Origin: the human T2T-CHM13v2.0 reference genome, Homo sapiens
Direction: 5' to 3' (one strand)
Assembly (NCBI RefSeq): GCF_009914755.1
Contig: NC_060930.1
Length of the DNA: 64,000 nt
This document shows positions 1-11,900 of this stretch, piece after piece. The notes below the pieces were generated by a model. The model ran no database searches. It worked only from the letters and a program-made list of their open reading frames with translations, and was not told the DNA's origin. Position 1 is the first letter of the stretch; each line of letters begins with the position of its first letter. A program made the position numbers and the translations under genes.

Positions 1-396
1 TTTGAAACACTGTTTTTGTAGGATTTCCAAGGGGATATTTATAGCGCATTGAGCCTACGGCGGAAAAAGAAACATCTTCCTATAAAAACTAGACAGAATA
101 CTTCTCAGAATCTGCTTTGCGATGTGTGCGTTCAACTCACAGAGTAAAACTTTTCTTTTGATAGAGCAGTTTTGAAACACTCTTTTTGTAGTATTTGCAT
201 GTGTATATTTAGAGCGCATTGAAGCCCACAGTAGAAAAGGAAATAACTTCACCTAAAACCTAGACAGAAGCAATCTCAGAAACTACTTTGTGATGTGTAC
301 ATTCAACTCACAGAGTGGAACTTTCCTCTTTATAGAGCAGTGTTGAAACACTCTTTTTGTAGAAACTGCAAGTGGATATTTGGACCTCTTTGAGGC

Positions 397-413
397 CTTC
401 GTTGGAAACGGGA
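397..413 (+). promoter_or_regulatory. CENP-B box 1 (same offset in every HOR copy)
   Basis: CTTCGTTGGAAACGGGA matches the 17-bp CENP-B binding consensus NTTCGNNNNANNCGGGN. Confidence 0.96.
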
Positions 414-736
414 TTTCTTCCTATAACCCTAGACAGAAGAATTTTCAGAAACCTCATTGTGATGTGTGCGTTCATCTCACAGAGTGGAGTCTTCCGTTTG
501 ATAGAGAAGTTTTGAAACCCTGTTCTTGTAGGATTTCCAAGTGGATATTTAGACCACTTTGAAGCCTATGATAGAAAAGGAAACATCTTCATGGAAAACA
601 TAGATAGAATCATCCTCAGAAACAACTTTGTGATGTGTGCGTTGAACTCACCGTCTTTAACCTTTCTTTTGGTAGAGAAGTTTTGAAACACTCTCTTTGT
701 AAAGTCTACAAGTGGATATTTTGAGCCCTTGGAGGC

Positions 737-753
737 ATTCTTTGGAAAAGGGA
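737..753 (+). other. Degenerate CENP-B box position (both CpGs lost)
   Basis: ATTCTTTGGAAAAGGGA lies 340 bp after box 1 and fails the core consensus at TTCG and CGGG. Confidence 0.8.
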
Positions 754-907
754 ATGTCTTCACATAAAAGGCAGACGGAAGTGTTCTCAGAAACTGCTTT
801 GTGATGTCTGTGTTCAACTCACAGAGTTTAACATTTCCTTTGATAGAGCGGTTTAGTAACCCTCTCTTTGTAGAATTTGGAAGTGTATACTAAGAGCGCT
901 TTGAGGC

Positions 908-924
908 CTATGGTAGAAAAGGAA
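908..924 (+). other. A-type monomer box (pJalpha-like site), example of the motif alternating with CENP-B boxes
   Basis: CTATGGTAGAAAAGGAA sits at the monomer position homologous to the CENP-B box. Related copies are near 56, 226, 566, 1248, 1588, 1925, 2434 and 2774. Confidence 0.7.
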
Positions 925-1078
925 ATATCTTTCCATAAAAGCTAGACAGAAGCAATCTCAGAAACTCCTTTGTGATGTCTGCATTCAACTCACCGAGTGG
1001 AACATTCCTCTTGATAGAGCAGTTTGGAAACACTCTTTCTGTAGAATCAGCTTGTTTGTATTTGGACCTCCTTGAGGC

Positions 1079-1095
1079 CTTCGTTGGAAACGGGT
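1079..1095 (+). promoter_or_regulatory. CENP-B box 2
   Basis: CTTCGTTGGAAACGGGT, core positions intact. Confidence 0.93.
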
Positions 1096-1418
1096 TTTCA
1101 TCTTATAAACCCAGACAGAAGAATTCTCAGAGTCTTCTTTGTGATGTGTGCTTTCAACTCACCGAGATAAAGATTTCTCTTGATAGAGCAATTTGGAAAC
1201 ACTCTTTTTGTAGAATTTGCAAGGGTACATTGAGAGCGCTTTCAGGCCTATGGTAGAAAAGGGAATATCTTTCCATAAAAGGTAGACAGAAGCAATCTCA
1301 GAAACTACTTTGTGATGTGTGCATTCAACTCACCGAGTGCAACGTTCCTCTTGACCGAGCAGTTTGGAAACATTGTTTCTGTAGAATCTGCAAGTGGATA
1401 TTTGGACCTCTTTGAGGC

Positions 1419-1435
1419 CTTCGTTGGAAACGGGA
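1419..1435 (+). promoter_or_regulatory. CENP-B box 3
   Basis: CTTCGTTGGAAACGGGA. Confidence 0.96.
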
Positions 1436-1758
1436 TTTCTTCCTATAAACCCAGACAGAAGAATTCTCAGAGACTTCTTTGTGATGTGTGAATTCAACTC
1501 ACAGTGTGGATCCTTCCTTTTGATAGAGCAGTTTTGAAACCCTGTTTTTGTAGTATTTCCAAGCGGATATTCGGAACGCCTTGAAGCGTATGGTAGAAAA
1601 GGAAATATCTTCCCATAAAACCTAGACAGAACCAATCTCAGAAACGACTTTGTGATGTCTGCATTCAAGTCACAGAGTTGAACATTTCTCTTGATAGAGC
1701 AGTTTTGAAACCCTCTTTCTGAAGGATCTGCAAGTGGATATTTGGAACTCCTTTGGGT

Positions 1759-1775
1759 CTTCGTTGGAAACGGGA
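1759..1775 (+). promoter_or_regulatory. CENP-B box 4
   Basis: CTTCGTTGGAAACGGGA. Confidence 0.96.
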
Positions 1776-2095
1776 TTTCTTCGTATAAATCTAGACAGAA
1801 GAATTCTCCGAAACTTCTTTGGTTGTGTGCATTCAAGTCACAGAGTGGAACCTTCCTTTGGATAGAGCAGTTTGAAACGCCGTGGTTGTAGTATTTCCAA
1901 GCGGATATTAGAGCGCCTTGAGGCCTATGGTAGAAAAGGAAATATCTTCCCATAAAACCTAGACGGAAGCAATCTCAGAAACTACTGTGTGATGGCTGCA
2001 TTCCACACACACGGTGGAACATTTCTCTTGATAGAGCAGTTTTGAAACACTCTTTCTGTAGAATCTGCAAGTGGATAATTGGACCGCCTTGAGGC

Positions 2096-2112
2096 CTTCG
2101 TTGGAAACGGGA
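2096..2112 (+). promoter_or_regulatory. CENP-B box 5 (absent from the 15-mers)
   Basis: CTTCGTTGGAAACGGGA. Confidence 0.96.
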
Positions 2113-2264
2113 TTTCTTCATGTTACTCTAGATAGAAGAATTCTCAAACACTGCTATGTGATGTTTGCATTCAAGTCACAGAGTGCAACATTCCTCTTGG
2201 TAGAGCAGTTGGGAAACACTCCTTTTGTAGAATCTGCCATGGGATATTTGGACTTCTTTGAGGC

Positions 2265-2281
2265 CTTCGTTGGAAACGGGA
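2265..2281 (+). promoter_or_regulatory. CENP-B box 6 (only 169 bp after box 5, absent from the 15-mers)
   Basis: CTTCGTTGGAAACGGGA. Confidence 0.96.
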
Positions 2282-2604
2282 TTTCTTCGTATGAATCTAG
2301 ACAGAAGAATTCTCAGAAACTTCCTTGTGATGTGTGCATTCAACTCAGCGAGTGGCACCTTCCTTTGGATACAGCAGTTTTGAAACACTGTTTTTGTAGT
2401 ATTTCCAAGCGGATATTTAGAGCGCCTTGAAGCCTATGCTAGAAATGGAAATATCTCCCCATAAAACCAAGACAGAAGCAATCTCAGAAACTAATGTGTG
2501 ATGGCTGCATTCCACACACACGGTGGACCATTTCTCTTGATAGAGCAGTTTTGAAACACTCTTTCTGTAGAATCTGCAAGTGGATAATTGGACCTCCTAG
2601 AGGC

Positions 2605-2621
2605 CTTCGTTGGAAACGGGA
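2605..2621 (+). promoter_or_regulatory. CENP-B box 7
   Basis: CTTCGTTGGAAACGGGA. Confidence 0.96.
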
Positions 2622-2943
2622 TTTCTTCATCTAAACCTACAGAGAAGAATTCTCAGTAACTTCTTCGGATGTGTGCATTCGACGCACAGAATGGAACATT
2701 CCCTTTGATAGAGCAGTTTTGAGACACCGTTTTTGTAGAATTCCCAAGTGGATATTTAGAGCACTTTGAAGTCTCTGCTAGAAAAGGAAACATCTTCATG
2801 TAAAAAGTAGATAGAATCGTTCTCAGAAAGTGCTTAGTGACGTGTGCGTTCAACTCACAGAGTTTAACGTTTCTTTTGATAGAGCGTTTCTGAAACACCC
2901 TTCTTGTAGTAGCTGCAAGTGGATATTTGGACCTATTGGAGGC

Positions 2944-2960
2944 CTTCTTTGGAAACGGGA
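2944..2960 (+). other. Degenerate CENP-B box (TTCG to TTCT), fixed in the HOR
   Basis: CTTCTTTGGAAACGGGA has one core base changed. It decays further to ...AAATGGGA in c3 (9070) and c13 (39134). Confidence 0.88.
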
Positions 2961-5900
2961 TTTCTTCATGTAACTCTAGATTGAAGAGTTCTCAGAAACT
3001 CCTTTGTGATGTGTGCATTCAATTCAAAGAGTGAAACCTCCCTTTTCACAGAGCAGTTTTGAAACACTGTTTTTGTAGGATTTCCAAGGGGATATTTATA
3101 GCGCATTGAGCCTACGGCGGAAAAAGAAACATCTTCCTATAAAAACTAGACAGAATACTTCTCAGAATCTGCTTTGCGATGTGTGCGTTCAACTCACAGA
3201 GTAAAACTTTTCTTTTGATAGAGCAGTTTTGAAACACTCTTTTTGTAGTATTTGCATGTGTATATTTAGAGCGCATTGAAGCTCACAGTAGAAAAGGAAA
3301 TAACTTCACCTAAAACCTAGACAGAAGCAATCTCAGAAACTACTTTGTGATGTGTACATTCAACTCACAGAGTGGAACTTTCCTCTTTATAGAGCAGTGT
3401 TGAAACACTCTTTTTGTAGAAACTGCAAGTGGATATTTGGACCTCTTTGAGGCCTTCGTTGGAAACGGGATTTCTTCCTATAACCCTAGACAGAAGAATT
3501 TTCAGAAACCTCATTGTGATGTGTGCGTTCATCTCACAGAGTGGAGTCTTCCGTTTGATAGAGAAGTTTTGAAACCCTGTTCTTGTAGGATTTCCAAGTG
3601 GATATTTAGACCACTTTGAAGCCTATGATAGAAAAGGAAACATCTTCATGGAAAACATAGATAGAATCATCCTCAGAAACAACTTTGTGATGTGTGCGTT
3701 GAACTCACCGTCTTTAACCTTTCTTTTGGTAGAGAAGTTTTGAAACACTCTCTTTGTAAAGTCTACAAGTGGATATTTTGAGCCCTTGGAGGCATTCTTT
3801 GGAAAAGGGAATGTCTTCACATAAAAGGCAGACGGAAGTGTTCTCAGAAACTGCTTTGTGATGTCTGTGTTCAACTCACAGAGTTTAACATTTCCTTTGA
3901 TAGAGCGGTTTAGTAACCCTCTCTTTGTAGAATTTGGAAGTGTATACTAAGAGCGCTTTGAGGCCTATGGTAGAAAAGGAAATATCTTTCCATAAAAGCT
4001 AGACAGAAGCAATCTCAGAAACTCCTTTGCGATGTCTGCATTCAACTCACCGAGTGGAACATTCCTCTTGAGAGAGCAGTTTGGAAACACTCTTTCTGTA
4101 GAATCAGCTTGTTTGTATTTGGACCTCCTTGAGGCCTTCGTTGGAAACGGGTTTTCATCTTATAAACCCAGACAGAAGAATTCTCAGAGTCTTCTTTGTG
4201 ATGTGTGCTTTCAACTCACCGAGATAAAGATTTCTCTTGATAGAGCAATTTGGAAACACTCTTTTTGTAGAATTTGCAAGGGTACATTGAGAGCGCTTTC
4301 AGGCCTATGGTAGAAAAGGGAATATCTTTCCATAAAAGGTAGACAGAAGCAATCTCAGAAACTACTTTGTGATGTGTGCATTCAACTCACCGAGTGCAAC
4401 GTTCCTCTTGACCGAGCAGTTTGGAAACATTGTTTCTGTAGAATCTGCAAGTGGATATTTGGACCTCTTTGAGGCCTTCGTTGGAAACGGGATTTCTTCC
4501 TATAAACCCAGACAGAAGAATTCTCAGAGACTTCTTTGTGATGTGTGAATTCAACTCACAGTGTGGATCCTTCCTTTTGATAGAGCAGTTTTGAAACCCT
4601 GTTTTTGTAGTATTTCCAAGCGGATATTCGGAACGCCTTGAAGCGTATGGTAGAAAAGGAAATATCTTCCCATAAAACCTAGACAGAACCAATCTCAGAA
4701 ACGACTTTGTGATGTCTGCATTCAAGTCACAGAGTTGAACATTTCTCTTGATAGAGCAGTTTTGAAACCCTCTTTCTGAAGGATCTGCAAGTGGATATTT
4801 GGAACTCCTTTGGGTCTTCGTTGGAAACGGGATTTCTTCGTATAAATCTAGACAGAAGAATTCTCCGAAACTTCTTTGGTTGTGTGCATTCAAGTCACAG
4901 AGTGGAACCTTCCTTTGGATAGAGCAGTTTGAAACGCCGTGGTTGTAGTATTTCCAAGCGGATATTAGAGCGCCTTGAGGCCTATGGTAGAAAAGGAAAT
5001 ATCTTCCCATAAAACCTAGACGGAAGCAATCTCAGAAACTACTGTGTGATGGCTGCATTCCACACACACGGTGGAACATTTCTCTTGATAGAGCAGTTTT
5101 GAAACACTCTTTCTGTAGAATCTGCAAGTGGATAATTGGACCGCCTTGAGGCCTTCGTTGGAAACGGGATTTCTTCATGTTACTCTAGATAGAAGAATTC
5201 TCAAACACTGCTATGTGATGTTTGCATTCAAGTCACAGAGTGCAACATTCCTCTTGGTAGAGCAGTTGGGAAACACTCCTTTTGTAGAATCTGCCATGGG
5301 ATATTTGGACTTCTTTGAGGCCTTCGTTGGAAACGGGATTTCTTCGTATGAATCTAGACAGAAGAATTCTCAGAAACTTCCTTGTGATGTGTGCATTCAA
5401 CTCAGCGAGTGGCACCTTCCTTTGGATACAGCAGTTTTGAAACACTGTTTTTGTAGTATTTCCAAGCGGATATTTAGAGCGCCTTGAAGCCTATGCTAGA
5501 AATGGAAATATCTCCCCATAAAACCAAGACAGAAGCAATCTCAGAAACTAATGTGTGATGGCTGCATTCCACACACACGGTGGACCATTTCTCTTGATAG
5601 AGCAGTTTTGAAACACTCTTTCTGTAGAATCTGCAAGTGGATAATTGGACCTCCTAGAGGCCTTCGTTGGAAACGGGATTTCTTCATCTAAACCTACAGA
5701 GAAGAATTCTCAGTAACTTCTTCGGATGTGTGCATTCGACGCACAGAATGGAACATTCCCTTTGATAGAGCAGTTTTGAGACACCGTTTTTGTAGAATTC
5801 CCAAGTGGATATTTAGAGCACTTTGAAGTCTCTGCTAGAAAAGGAAACATCTTCATGTAAAAAGTAGATAGAATCGTTCTCAGAAAGTGCTTAGTGACGT

Positions 5901-8900
5901 GTGCGTTCAACTCACAGAGTTTAACGTTTCTTTTGATAGAGCGTTTCTGAAACACCCTTCTTGTAGTAGCTGCAAGTGGATATTTGGACCTATTGGAGGC
6001 CTTCTTTGGAAACGGGATTTCTTCATGTAACTCTAGATTGAAGAGTTCTCAGAAACTCCTTTGTGATGTGTGCATTCAATTCAAAGAGTGAAACCTCCCT
6101 TTTCACAGAGCAGTTTTGAAACACTGTTTTTGTAGGATTTCCAAGGGGATATTTATAGCGCATTGAGCCTACGGCGGAAAAAGAAACATCTTCCTATAAA
6201 AACTAGACAGAATACTTCTCAGAATCTGCTTTGCGATGTGTGCGTTCAACTCACAGAGTAAAACTTTTCTTTTGATAGAGCAGTTTTGAAACACTCTTTT
6301 TGTAGTATTTGCATGTGTATATTTAGAGCGCATTGAAGCCCACAGTAGAAAAGGAAATAACTTCACCTAAAACCTAGACAGAAGCAATCTCAGAAACTAC
6401 TTTGTGATGTGTACATTCAACTCACAGAGTGGAACTTTCCTCTTTATAGAGCAGTGTTGAAACACTCTTTTTGTAGAAACTGCAAGTGGATATTTGGACC
6501 TCTTTGAGGCCTTCGTTGGAAACGGGATTTCTTCCTATAACCCTAGACAGAAGAATTTTCAGAAACCTCATTGTGATGTGTGCGTTCATCTCACAGAGTG
6601 GAGTCTTCCGTTTGATAGAGAAGTTTTGAAACCCTGTTCTTGTAGGATTTCCAAGTGGATATTTAGACCACTTTGAAGCCTATGATAGAAAAGGAAACAT
6701 CTTCATGGAAAACATAGATAGAATCATCCTCAGAAACAACTTTGTGATGTGTGCGTTGAACTCACCGTCTTTAACCTTTCTTTTGGTAGAGAAGTTTTGA
6801 AACACTCTCTTTGTAAAGTCTACAAGTGGATATTTTGAGCCCTTGGAGGCATTCTTTGGAAAAGGGAATGTCTTCACATAAAAGGCAGACGGAAGTGTTC
6901 TCAGAAACTGCTTTGTGATGTCTGTGTTCAACTCACAGAGTTTAACATTTCCTTTGATAGAGCGGTTTAGTAACCCTCTCTTTGTAGAATTTGGAAGTGT
7001 ATACTAAGAGCGCTTTGAGGCCTATGGTAGAAAAGGAAATATCTTTCCATAAAAGCTAGACAGAAGCAATCTCAGAAACTCCTTTGCGATGTCTGCATTC
7101 AACTCACCGAGTGGAACATTCCTCTTGAGAGAGCAGTTTGGAAACACTCTTTCTGTAGAATCAGCTTGTTTGTATTTGGACCTCCTTGAGGCCTTCGTTG
7201 GAAACGGGTTTTCATCTTATAAACCCAGACAGAAGAATTCTCAGAGTCTTCTTTGTGATGTGTGCTTTCAACTCACCGAGATAAAGATTTCTCTTGATAG
7301 AGCAATTTGGAAACACTCTTTTTGTAGAATTTGCAAGGGTACATTGAGAGCGCTTTGAGGCCTATGGTAGAAAAGGGAATATCTTTCCATAAAAGGTAGA
7401 CAGAAGCAATCTCAGAAACTACTTTGTGATGTGTGCATTCAACTCACCGAGTGCAACGTTCCTCTTGACCGAGCAGTTTGGAAACATTGTTTCTGTAGAA
7501 TCTGCAAGTGGATATTTGGACCTCTTTGAGGCCTTCGTTGGAAACGGGATTTCTTCCTATAAACCCAGACAGAAGAATTCTCAGAGACTTCTTTGTGATG
7601 TGTGAATTCAACTCACAGTGTGGATCCTTCCTTTTGATAGAGCAGTTTTGAAACCCTGTTTTTGTAGTATTTCCAAGCGGATATTCGGAACGCCTTGAAG
7701 CGTATGGTAGAAAAGGAAATATCTTCCCATAAAACCTAGACAGAACCAATCTCAGAAACGACTTTGTGATGTCTGCATTCAAGTCACAGAGTTGAACATT
7801 TCTCTTGATAGAGCAGTTTTGAAACCCTCTTTCTGAAGGGTCTGCAAGTGGATATTTGGAACTCCTTTGGGTCTTCGTTGGAAACGGGATTTCTTCGTAT
7901 AAATCTAGACAGAAGAATTCTCCGAAACTTCTTTGGTTGTGTGCATTCAAGTCACAGAGTGGAACCTTCCTTTGGATAGAGCAGTTTGAAACGCCGTGGT
8001 TGTAGTATTTCCAAGCGGATATTAGAGCGCCTTGAGGCCTATGGTAGAAAAGGAAATATCTTCCCATAAAACCTAGACGGAAGCAATCTCAGAAACTACT
8101 GTGTGATGGCTGCATTCCACACACACGGTGGAACATTTCTCTTGATAGAGCAGTTTTGAAACACTCTTTCTGTAGAATCTGCAAGTGGATAATTGGACCG
8201 CCTTGAGGCCTTCGTTGGAAACGGGATTTCTTCATGTTACTCTAGATAGAAGAATTCTCAAACACTGCTATGTGATGTTTGCATTCAAGTCACAGAGTGC
8301 AACATTCCTCTTGGTAGAGCAGTTGGGAAACACTCCTTTTGTAGAATCTGCAATGGGATATTTGGACTTCTTTGAGGCCTTCGTTGGAAACGGGATTTCT
8401 TCGTATGAATCTAGACAGAAGAATTCTCAGAAACTTCCTTGTGATGTGTGCATTCAACTCAGCGAGTGGCACCTTCCTTTGGATACAGCAGTTTTGAAAC
8501 ACTGTTTTTGTAGTATTTCCAAGCGGATATTTAGAGCGCCTTGAAGCCTATGCTAGAAATGGAAATATCTCCCCATAAAACCAAGACAGAAGCAATCTCA
8601 GAAACTAATGTGTGATGGCTGCATTCCACACACACGGTGGACCATTTCTCTTGATAGAGCAGTTTTGAAACACTCTTTCTGTAGAATCTGCAAGTGGATA
8701 ATTGGACCTCCTAGAGGCCTTCGTTGGAAACGGGATTTCTTCATCTAAACCTACAGAGAAGAATTCTCAGTAACTTCTTCGGATGTGTGCATTCGACTCA
8801 CAGAATGGAACATTCCCTTTGATAGAGCAGTTTTGAGACACCGTTTTTGTAGAATTCCCAAGTGGATATTTAGAGCACTTTGAAGTCTCTGCTAGAAAAG

Positions 8901-11900
8901 GAAACATCTTCATGTAAAAAGTAGATAGAATCGTTCTCAGAAAGTGCTTAGTGACGTGTGCGTTCAACTCACAGAGTTTAACGTTTCTTTTGATAGAGCG
9001 TTTCTGAAACACCCTTCTTGTAGTAGCTGCAAGTGGATATTTGGACCTATTGGAGGCCTTCTTTGGAAATGGGATTTCTTCATGTAACTCTAGATTGAAG
9101 AGTTCTCAGAAACTCCTTTGTGATGTGTGCATTCAATTCAAAGAGTGAAACCTCCCTTTTCACAGAGCAGTTTTGAAACACTGTTTTTGTAGGATTTCCA
9201 AGGGGATATTTATAGCGCATTGAGCCTACGGCGGAAAAAGAAACATCTTCCTATAAAAACTAGACAGAATACTTCTCAGAATCTGCTTTGCGATGTGTGC
9301 GTTCAACTCACAGAGTAAAACTTTTCTTTTGATAGAGCAGTTTTGAAACACTCTTTTTGTAGTATTTGCATGTGTATATTTAGAGCGCATTGAAGCCCAC
9401 AGTAGAAAAGGAAATAACTTCACCTAAAACCTAGACAGAAGCAATCTCAGAAACTACTTTGTGATGTGTACATTCAACTCACAGAGTGGAACTTTCCTCT
9501 TTATAGAGCAGTGTTGAAACACTCTTTTTGTAGAAACTGCAAGTGGATATTTGGACCTCTTTGAGGCCTTCGTTGGAAACGGGATTTCTTCCTATAACCC
9601 TAGACAGAAGAATTTTCAGAAACCTCATTGTGATGTGTGCGTTCATCTCACAGAGTGGAGTCTTCCGTTTGATAGAGAAGTTTTGAAACCCTGTTCTTGT
9701 AGGATTTCCAAGTGGATATTTAGACCACTTTGAAGCCTATGATAGAAAAGGAAACATCTTCATGGAAAACATAGATAGAATCATCCTCAGAAACAACTTT
9801 GTGATGTGTGCGTTGAACTCACCGTCTTTAACCTTTCTTTTGGTAGAGAAGTTTTGAAACACTCTCTTTGTAAAGTCTACAAGTGGATATTTTGAGCCCT
9901 TGGAGGCATTCTTTGGAAAAGGGAATGTCTTCACATAAAAGGCAGACGGAAGTGTTCTCAGAAACTGCTTTGTGATGTCTGTGTTCAACTCACAGAGTTT
10001 AACATTTCCTTTGATAGAGCGGTTTAGTAACCCTCTCTTTGTAGAATTTGGAAGTGTATACTAAGAGCGCTTTGAGGCCTATGGTAGAAAAGGAAATATC
10101 TTTCCATAAAAGCTAGACAGAAGCAATCTCAGAAACTCCTCTGTGATGTCTGCATTCAACTCACCGAGTGGAACATTCCTCTTGAGAGAGCAGTTTGGAA
10201 ACACTCTTTCTGTAGAATCAGCTTGTTTGTATTTGGACCTCCTTGAGGCCTTCGTTGGAAACGGGTTTTCATCTTATAAACCCAGACAGAAGAATTCTCA
10301 GAGTCTTCTTTGTGATGTGTGCTTTCAACTCACCGAGATAAAGATTTCTCTTGATAGAGCAATTTGGAAACACTCTTTTTGTAGAATTTGCAAGGGTACA
10401 TTGAGAGCGCTTTGAGGCCTATGGTAGAAAAGGGAATATCTTTCCATAAAAGGTAGACAGAAGCAATCTCAGAAACTACTTTGTGATGTGTGCATTCAAC
10501 TCACCGAGTGCAACGTTCCTCTTGACCGAGCAGTTTGGAAACATTGTTTCTGTAGAATCTGCAAGTGGATATTTGGACCTCTTTGAGGCCTTCGTTGGAA
10601 ACGGGATTTCTTCCTGTAACCCCAGACAGAAGAATTCTCAGAGACTTCTTTGTGATGTGTGAATTCAACTCACAGTGTGGATCCTTCCTTTTGATAGAGC
10701 AGTTTTGAAACCCTGTTTTTGTAGTATTTCCAAGCGGATATTTGGAACGCCTTGAAGCGTATGGTAGAAAAGGAAATATCTTCCCATAAAACCTAGACAG
10801 AACCAATCTCAGAAACGACTTTGTGATGTCTGCATTCAAGTCACAGAGTTGAACATTTCTCTTGATAGAGCAGTTTTGAAACCCTCTTTCTGAAGGATCT
10901 GCAAGTGGATATTTGGAACTCCTTTGGGTCTTCGTTGGAAACGGGATTTCTTCGTATAAATCTAGACAGAAGAATTCTCCGAAACTTCTTTGGTTGTGTG
11001 CATTCAAGTCACAGAGTGGAACCTTCCTTTGGATAGAGCAGTTTGAAACGCCGTGGTTGTAGTATTTCCAAGCGGATATTAGAGCGCCTTGAGGCCTATG
11101 GTAGAAAAGGAAATATCTTCCCATAAAACCTAGACGGAAGCAATCTCAGAAACTACTGTGTGATGGCTGCATTCCACACACACGGTGGAACATTTCTCTT
11201 GATAGAGCAGTTTTGAAACACTCTTTCTGTAGAATCTGCAAGTGGATAATTGGACCGCCTTGAGGCCTTCGTTGGAAACGGGATTTCTTCATGTTACTCT
11301 AGATAGAAGAATTCTCAAACACTGCTATGTGATGTTTGCATTCAAGTCACAGAGTGCAACATTCCTCTTGGTAGAGCAGTTGGGAAACACTCCTTTTGTA
11401 GAATCTGCAATGGGATATTTGGACTTCTTTGAGGCCTTCGTTGGAAACGGGATTTCTTCGTATGAATCTAGACAGAAGAATTCTCAGAAACTTCCTTGTG
11501 ATGTGTGCATTCAACTCAGCGAGTGGCACCTTCCTTTGGATACAGCAGTTTTGAAACACTGTTTTTGTAGTATTTCCAAGCGGATATTTAGAGCGCCTTG
11601 AAGCCTATGCTAGAAATGGAAATATCTCCCCATAAAACCAAGACAGAAGCAATCTCAGAAACTAATGTGTGATGGCTGCATTCCACACACACGGTGGACC
11701 ATTTCTCTTGATAGAGCAGTTTTGAAACACTCTTTCTGTAGAATCTGCAAGTGGATAATTGGACCTCCTAGAGGCCTTCGTTGGAAACGGGATTTCTTCA
11801 TCTAAACCTACAGAGAAGAATTCTCAGTAACTTCTTCGGATGTGTGCATTCGACTCACAGAATGGAACATTCCCTTTGATAGAGCAGTTTTGAGACACCG

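Noticed and set aside
1788-1810. Short palindromes (TCTAGA, GAATTC, AGGCCT, TTCTCAGAA) as cruciform or terminator signals
   Set aside because: These are 6-9 bp dyads typical of alphoid monomers, too short to support a specific structure from sequence alone.
1330-1953. 207-aa minus-strand ORF and the other 60-120 aa ORFs repeated in every HOR
   Set aside because: They are translations of alpha-satellite monomers: internally repetitive (FQNCSIKR...), overlapping on both strands, freely truncated by single-base changes (e.g. 29096, 3283) and without a recognisable domain.
2003-2012. Short (CA)n run CCACACACACGG
   Set aside because: Only about four units and invariant in length across copies. 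It is a monomer-specific motif, not a microsatellite.
397-2621. Regularly spaced 17-20 bp identical motif resembling CRISPR direct repeats
   Set aside because: The intervening sequences are homologous monomers of 150-320 bp rather than unique spacers, and there are no cas genes. The motif is the CENP-B box.
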